From: an uncultured Bacteroidota bacterium
GTDB taxonomy: Bacteria > Bacteroidota > Bacteroidia > Chitinophagales > Saprospiraceae
Assembly: GCA_903925535.1 (NCBI GenBank)
Contig: CAIYFY010000235.1
Location: 6,473 to 70,472, forward strand
Direction of reading: 5' to 3'
DNA length: 64,000 nt
Shown here: positions 58,957 to 64,000 of the stretch, one piece after another
How the letters are laid out: the number at the start of each line of letters is the position of its first letter
How positions within the stretch are numbered: position 1 is the stretch's first letter
The notes under the pieces: model-generated
What the model was told of the DNA's origin: nothing
Seen by the model: the letters and a program-made list of their open reading frames with translations, nothing else
The model's database searches: none
Program-made: the position numbers and the translations under genes

Positions 58957-59718
58957 ATGATTCGAGCAGACCAAGTTGTCAAGACATTCGGCAGGCACCA
59001 GGTGCTGAAAGGTATTTCCTTCACCTTTGAATCAGGTAAAACAAACCTGATTATAGGCCGTTCCGGCGCCGGTAAAACGGTGTTGCTGAAAATTCTCGTT
59101 GGCCTACAGACTCCCACCAGTGGCCGCGTCTGGTACGATGATGTGAACTTCACCGGACTTGACAAGGGTGGTATGCGCGAAATTCGGATGAAAATTGGCA
59201 TGCTATTCCAGGGTTCCGCTCTGTTCGACTCCATGACCGTGGAAGAAAATATCCGCTTTCCGCTGGACATGTTCACAACCATGACTGCCAAACAAAAACT
59301 CCACCGGGTTGACTACTGTCTTGAGCGGGTCAATCTCGCCGGAAATAATGTAAAATACCCTTCTGAACTCTCCGGGGGTATGCAGAAGCGCGTGGGTATC
59401 GCCCGCGCTATCGTGCTGGAGCCCAAATACCTGTTCTGCGACGAGCCCAACTCCGGTCTCGACCCTAAAACAGCGATTATTATTGACGAACTGATCAGCG
59501 ATATCACCAAAGAAAACAATATCACCACGATTATCAACACACACGATATGAACTCGGTGATGGAAATTGGTGAAAATATATGTTTCCTGCACGAGGGCCG
59601 TCTGGAATGGAACGGGCACAAGGAACAGGTGCTCGAAAGCGACAATGAAAATCTGCAGTCCTTCATCTTCGCCTCGCCGTTCCTCAGGCGCCTCCGCAAA
59701 CAGGCGCTGGGCCAATAA
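58957..59718 (+). CDS. ABC transporter ATP-binding protein (MlaF/Ttg2A-like)
   Basis: Walker A 'GRSGAGKT', signature 'LSGGMQKRVGIARA' and Walker B 'LFCDEPNSGLD'. Confidence 0.85.
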   Translation: MIRADQVVKTFGRHQVLKGISFTFESGKTNLIIGRSGAGKTVLLKILVGLQTPTSGRVWYDDVNFTGLDKGGMREIRMKIGMLFQGSALFDSMTVEENIRFPLDMFTTMTAKQKLHRVDYCLERVNLAGNNVKYPSELSGGMQKRVGIARAIVLEPKYLFCDEPNSGLDPKTAIIIDELISDITKENNITTIINTHDMNSVMEIGENICFLHEGRLEWNGHKEQVLESDNENLQSFIFASPFLRRLRKQALGQ

Positions 59719-59746
59719 TGCCTGAACCAGTCAAACGGACTCCACT

Positions 59747-60343
59747 GTGACAGCAGCGCTCACAAACAGTTCCAAAAGGCTGTCAGATGCCGAACTCATC
59801 TCCCTGTTTCTGCAGGGCAGAGACACTTCGTACTTCACGCAGCTTTACCGCAGGTACGCCGGAAAGGTGTTCGCCAAGTGCTATTCCATGCTGTCGGATG
59901 AGGGTATGGCCCGCGATGCCACGCAGGATATTTTTATCAAAATTCTCGGAAGCCTCGCCCGCTTCACCGAAAAATCGTCGTTCTCCACCTGGCTCTATGC
60001 CGTTACCTATAATTACTGTATTGATATAATCCGTCGGAGGAAAAAAAATCTGCTCATTTTTACCGAAGATCCGGGCAGAATAAGCGACGAGATAGAAACC
60101 GATGTCCCCGACAGTCTTATTCTTGATATGGAAACCCGCCGGCTCGAACGGGTAATGGATAAAATTCCACCCGGCGACCGGGCCATCCTGAATATGAAAT
60201 ATATAGATGATTTGTCAGTTCGCGAAATAGCAGAAGTGCTCCATAAAACGGAAAGTGCTATAAAAATGCAGTTGATGCGCGCAAAAGCCAAAGCGCAGGA
60301 GGTGTACCACGAATTGTATGGCGACGAACCCGTTGGTCAATAA
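59747..60343 (+). CDS. ECF-subfamily RNA polymerase sigma-70 factor
   Basis: Region 2 'DATQDIFIKIL...FSTWLYAVTYNYCIDIIRRRK' and region 4 'LSVREIAEVLHKTESAIKMQLMRAK'. GTG start. Confidence 0.85.
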   Translation: MTAALTNSSKRLSDAELISLFLQGRDTSYFTQLYRRYAGKVFAKCYSMLSDEGMARDATQDIFIKILGSLARFTEKSSFSTWLYAVTYNYCIDIIRRRKKNLLIFTEDPGRISDEIETDVPDSLILDMETRRLERVMDKIPPGDRAILNMKYIDDLSVREIAEVLHKTESAIKMQLMRAKAKAQEVYHELYGDEPVGQ

Positions 60344-60355
60344 ATTCAATGAAAT

Positions 60356-60610
60356 ATGAGTAACAGTCTGAAAAAACTCGAAGAAGAGCGCGAGAAAATG
60401 CTACCCCCTGAACTGGAGGGTCGCATCACCTCTCACCTGGGATCTATCAATCACTGGGGCGATATGGCAGAGCTGTTCGTATCCGGCGCCGTTAATACCA
60501 TGGCTATGCTGTTTGGGAGCGACCGCATTCAAAACGCCGGCAGACAGGACTCTGCCTGGCGCGAGCGCCCGGCACCTTCCCGTGACAATCATGATTCAGA
60601 TGATATTTAA
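60356..60610 (+). CDS. Small hypothetical protein downstream of the ECF sigma factor (anti-sigma role possible but unsupported)
   Basis: 84-aa ORF 13 nt after the sigma gene. I recognise no motif. Confidence 0.4.
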   Translation: MSNSLKKLEEEREKMLPPELEGRITSHLGSINHWGDMAELFVSGAVNTMAMLFGSDRIQNAGRQDSAWRERPAPSRDNHDSDDI

Positions 60611-60621
60611 AATGTAGAAAA

Positions 60622-61491
60622 ATGGATACAGACTTCTATAATGGTCCACTCGGACAGCTGATTTCTCAGTTTTCTGCGTTCTTCCCCCGGCTCATAGGCG
60701 CCCTGTCTGTACTATTGCTGGGGTGGGCTGTATCCAGAACAATCGGCAAAGTGCTGAGCAGGATACTTGCATCGGCAGGTGTGGATCGTCTGGCCGAAAT
60801 GTTCAGCGATATTGAGTTCATTCAGCGCGCAGGCGTAGTGCGCGCACGTGTGTCGGATTTGCTTGCAAAGGGTGTTTACTATACACTGATGCTGGTATTC
60901 ATCATCGCAGCTACCGAGGTGATGGGCGTTTCTGCCATCACGCAGTTGTTTGTGGACCTGATGAATTACCTGCCCTTCCTGCTCACGGCAGGAGCCATAC
61001 TGCTTGTGGGTATTTTTCTGGCCGATATGGCCCGGGGTGGTGTTCTCACACTCTGCCAGTCGCTGGGAATTCCGTCGGCAAAGATGATTGCCTCCATTGT
61101 CTTTTATTTTGTGTTCATCACCGTGGGTGTGAGTGCCCTGGCGCAGGCAAAGATCAATACCTCATTCATTTCTGCCAACCTCACGGCTATCGTGGCTGCT
61201 GTGGCGCTGGCATTTTCATTTGGTTACGGACTGGCATCAAGAGATCTCATTTCCAACTATCTGGCCAGCTATTACAATAAAAACAAGGTGCGCATAGGCG
61301 ATGACGTGCGCATCATTGGAGAACGCGGCCGGGTGGTTGTCATTGACAATACCTCGCTGATTCTGCAAACTTCCGACCGGGCTATTATCATTCCACTGAG
61401 CAAACTGACTGTTGAAAAAGTGGAAGTTTTTTATCCGGAACCACGGGAAAAGGACTTGCTCGAACCGGGCGATGATGAAGGCGACGCCTGA
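60622..61491 (+). CDS. Membrane protein with TM-helix repeats and an MscS-like beta segment (mechanosensitive-channel-family-like)
   Basis: Four to five hydrophobic helices are followed by 'KVRIGDDVRIIGERGRVVVIDNTSLILQTSDRAIIIP', which resembles the MscS beta-domain. It lacks a full MscS C-terminus. Confidence 0.55.
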   Translation: MDTDFYNGPLGQLISQFSAFFPRLIGALSVLLLGWAVSRTIGKVLSRILASAGVDRLAEMFSDIEFIQRAGVVRARVSDLLAKGVYYTLMLVFIIAATEVMGVSAITQLFVDLMNYLPFLLTAGAILLVGIFLADMARGGVLTLCQSLGIPSAKMIASIVFYFVFITVGVSALAQAKINTSFISANLTAIVAAVALAFSFGYGLASRDLISNYLASYYNKNKVRIGDDVRIIGERGRVVVIDNTSLILQTSDRAIIIPLSKLTVEKVEVFYPEPREKDLLEPGDDEGDA

Positions 61492-61597
61492 AAATAATCC
61501 ACTGCTGATACTACTTTACCTATTGAAATTTTCTGCACACCCATTGTACAGGTGCCTGCGGAGCTATCCACTGATTCATCACTTAATTCATTCTGAT

Positions 61598-62098
61598 ATG
61601 AAAAATAATGTTCTTTCTCTTGCACTCCTGCTGACGGCATGTACTTCCACGCTGTTTGCCCAGGCCGGCAACGATCGCCTGGCCGAAATTAAAAAACTCT
61701 CTGCCCGTGATACGGCCGGGTGGTCTTTCGGCGGCGGTCTCGGCCTTGATATGGCGGGCCTCGGTATCATCAACCCGCAACTGAGTTCGGGCGGCAATCG
61801 CCTGGGTGTCGGCGGACTGGTTAATCTGTATGCCAACAACAAACGGAACAAGTTCTACTGGAACAATGACCTGTCTCTCCAGCTTTCGGCGCAGCGCCTC
61901 GGTGGGAGCAGCAAGCCGTTCCAGAAGAACCTCGATATCCTGCGTCTGGGCTCCAGATACGGATACAATATAGCACTCAACAAATTTTTCATCGCTGTTG
62001 ACGCCACGGCCGAATCCCAGTTACTCCCTACCTACGTTGGAAATACACTGAGTGGTGATGCAGAAGATCTGTTGTCTGACTTTCTGGCCCCTGTGAGG
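61598..62098 (+). pseudogene. DUF3078-like outer-membrane protein gene, 3'-truncated by the IS
   Basis: Signal 'MKNNVLSLALLLTACTSTLFAQ' and 'WSFGGGLGLDMAGLGIINPQ...KFYWNNDLSLQLS...SDFLAP'. The reading frame then runs into the IS left inverted repeat at 62099 and stops at 62152. Confidence 0.62.
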
Positions 62099-62120
62099 GG
62101 GGTGCATTGCAAATTGTCGC
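62099..62120. repeat. IS left terminal inverted repeat
   Basis: 'ggggtgcattgcaaattgtcgc'. Confidence 0.88.
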
Positions 62121-62148
62121 TTACCTTAGCCTCTAAAACACGTCTATC

Positions 62149-63333
62149 ATGACACGCGAAGAGCTTCATAAACTTGTAGATTTCGAGTACGACAAACTTG
62201 AATCAATGCCATTAGGCCACACTTTATATGACCTGGAAGTAACGGTTGAGACTATTAAACAAAAGGTTGGTCAAGCGTTACTGCAAAGCCGTGTAGGTGG
62301 ATCAAACAATCGCCGAAAAAAAAAAGATAGTAACACGGAGCGGCGATATTGAGATTTCGCATGACTCTGTTTATTCGATGAAGGGCACACCATTTGGTTA
62401 TTCACCTCTTGTTCAAGAGGATATGCTTCATCTGTCACAACTGTGTGTGTGTACAAAGACGCATCGGAGACTTTTATGCGTTTCACAGACATTGAAATAA
62501 ACCCTGCTCAGTACCAACGGATGGTGCAATATTACGGTGACGAGCTAGGTGATATGATCGAAGTTGTCCCGCAAACAGAATCGGTTACAGCGATACACTA
62601 CACGATGGTTGATGGCAGTATGGTACTTACTGATGATGGCTGGAAGGAGGTAAAACTTGGTCGTCATTTTACTTCTGATGATATACAAAAAGTTGGCAGA
62701 GAGAAACGGCAAGAGATAAGTTGTTCGACATATCACGCACAAATGGTTGATTCAGATTCGTTTATAGCAAGCGTGGATCGCATTATTGAAAGGGCAGTGC
62801 ATAAGGGTTATGAGCATGTTTTCCTGAATGATGGAGCTATCTGGATTGAGAACTGGATAAGAGAAAATCATCCGGATTCAATTTCAATATTGGATTTTTG
62901 GCATGGCGAAGCGCATGTAAATGATGCCGTCAAAATAATTACTCCTGAAAGCAAGGAACAGAAAAAGTTGATGGCAGCATATAAGGAAATGATGTTGGAG
63001 GGCAAGGTGCTTGGGGTGGCGGCGTTATTAGAAGCGAATGCGAAACAAGTTGGAAAAGACATAGGCGGGATACTTCAATACCTTCGCCGTAATGCCTACA
63101 GGATGGAATACGATAAATATCGGGAAAGGGGCTTGATGATTGGTTCTGGAGCAATTGAGGCTGCACATCGGACGGTTATACAATCGCGTATGAAATTGTC
63201 CGGGCAGAGATGGGCAAAGGCTGGTGTTGATGCCATGTTAAAACTTAGAGTTAGATACGAATCGAAAAGGTGGTGCGAGGTGAAAAATGAAGTGTTCAAA
63301 GTGAATTTCAAATGTCTAGCCAATGCAGCATGA
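62149..63333 (+). pseudogene. IS transposase split over three frames: frame 0 at 62149..62352, +1 frame at 62297..62500, frame 0 at 62443..63333
   Basis: The frame changes at the A10 run (62316..62325) and at (TG)5T (62442..62452). Removing one A and one TG restores a single ORF of ~394 aa. DDE-like blocks are 'YTMVDGSMV', 'VFLNDGAIWIENW', 'ILDFWHGEAH' and 'GSGAIEAAHRTVIQSRMKLSGQRW'. Confidence 0.7.
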
Positions 63334-63335
63334 AC

Positions 63336-63357
63336 GCGACAATTTGCAATGCACCCC
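63336..63357. repeat. IS right terminal inverted repeat
   Basis: 'gcgacaatttgcaatgcacccc' is the exact reverse complement of the left repeat. Confidence 0.88.
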
Positions 63358-63544
63358 TGTTCAAGGTGGACAAATCACCCTTTTAGACATGACAGGCAGG
63401 GCATGGCGCACAGCGCAGTTCTCGATTGCCGACGAGGTAAAGTACCTTGACCTTGCAGGCGTGCCTTCCGGCGTGTACACCTGTACTGTCAGCAGCAGTA
63501 CTGGCGAGCGTCAGGTCATCAAAGTTTTTGTCGTAAAACCTTAA
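63358..63544 (+). pseudogene. Orphan 3' fragment of a T9SS cargo gene (partial C-terminal sorting domain only)
   Basis: Immediately after the IS right end the frame reads 'VQGGQITLLDMTGRAWRTAQFSIADEVKYLDLAGVPSGVYTCTVSSSTGERQVIKVFVVKP*'. This is the T9SS CTD pattern without its first strand and without any upstream gene body. Confidence 0.6.
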
Positions 63545-63557
63545 TTTTGTTCACAAT

Positions 63558-63596
63558 GTAGGCTGTACCCCGTCCGGGGCACAGCCTACCTTTTTT
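63558..63596 (+). terminator. Rho-independent terminator
   Basis: The long stem 'gtaggctgt(a)ccccg'/'cgggg(c)acagcctac' is followed by 'cttttttatt'. Confidence 0.72.
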
Positions 63597-63606
63597 ATTC
63601 CAGGAC

Positions 63607-64000
63607 ATGAAACACTTGCTTTTTTTTCTGATTTTGTCTTGTTGCGCCGGCCCGATTCTTGCTCAAAACAGGTATGATAACAATTGGGTGTTTGCGTTCA
63701 AAATAGTTGGGGGAAATTTAATCCATTTTACAGACGATACATTAAAAATAGAGGCGTTGCCACCAAACACGACTGGAAGTACTTATGAAGCCCTTGCGTG
63801 CATGAGTGACAAAGCTGGCGATCTGCTTTTTTACACCAACAACTGCACGGTTTTTGACAAAAACCACGAGGTGATGGAAAACGGCGAGGGGCTGAATCCA
63901 GGCCAGATACAGACCTACTGGTGTAGTGTGAACCCATTTGCCAACCCGAACGACAACTCGGTGCTAATTACCCCAATGCCAGACAATGAGAAGATATATC
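63607..64000 (+). CDS. Secreted hypothetical protein, 5' part; continues beyond the window end
   Basis: My own translation from the ATG at 63607 reads 'MKHLLFFLILSCCAGPILAQNRYDNNWVFAF...' and stays open to nt 64000. It is not in the track because there is no stop in the window. Confidence 0.6.
   Translation, partial: MKHLLFFLILSCCAGPILAQNRYDNNWVFAFKIVGGNLIHFTDDTLKIEALPPNTTGSTYEALACMSDKAGDLLFYTNNCTVFDKNHEVMENGEGLNPGQIQTYWCSVNPFANPNDNSVLITPMPDNEKIY

Larger units (their letters stand above)
62099..63357 (+). mobile_element. Insertion sequence, 1259 bp, DDE transposase (ISKra4/ISAzba1-like by recollection; family uncertain)
   Basis: Perfect 22-bp terminal inverted repeats 'GGGGTGCATTGCAAATTGTCGC' lie at 62099..62120 and, reverse-complemented, at 63336..63357. 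One transposase gene lies between them. The element is AT-rich compared with its flanks. No target-site duplication is visible. Confidence 0.85.

Noticed and set aside
60356-60610. Calling the small ORF after the ECF sigma an anti-sigma factor
   Set aside because: Position is the only support. It has no zinc-binding HxxxCxxC motif and no clear TM helix, so I keep it as hypothetical.

Overview
This is a GC-rich Bacteroidota chromosomal segment. The phylum call rests on several T9SS C-terminal sorting domains, a SusC/SusD pair, a PorV/PorQ-like barrel and TAnnTTTG-type -7 promoter boxes in front of both tRNAs. I support about 45 protein genes, 2 tRNAs, 1 IS element and several intrinsic terminators and repeats.

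Most of the window is core metabolism and cell envelope: dnaG, pyrB, ftsH, rsfS, birA, fumC, an LptF/G-type permease, a fused E1 dehydrogenase, peptidases and secreted hydrolases.

Two real genes run off the window edges and are missing from the supplied ORF track. One is an SNF2 helicase on the minus strand at 1..2419. The other is a secreted protein at 63607..64000 on the plus strand. Many long ORFs in the track are antisense shadows of real genes.

Accessory content sits in visibly AT-richer patches:
- A single-gene ABC-ATPase/TOPRIM-like (DUF4435-like) fusion at 32576..34279 resembles a merged PARIS/OLD-type defence protein.
- A UPF0175/PIN-like toxin-antitoxin cassette is bracketed by a perfect 97-bp duplication of the neighbouring gene's 3' end.
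- Two tandem paralogous TPR-TM-AraC regulators lie beside a roughly 770-bp gene-free spacer that carries a duplicated ~80-nt hairpin element.
- A 22-bp-period tandem array has an inverted first unit.
- A 1259-bp IS with perfect 22-bp inverted repeats has a transposase frame broken at an A10 run and a (TG)5 run. It sits at the junction of two unrelated truncated genes.

I did not find a convincing multi-gene system that is clearly undescribed. The strongest defence candidate is the single ATPase-TOPRIM-like gene. All family assignments come from motif recognition by eye and need HMM or structure confirmation.
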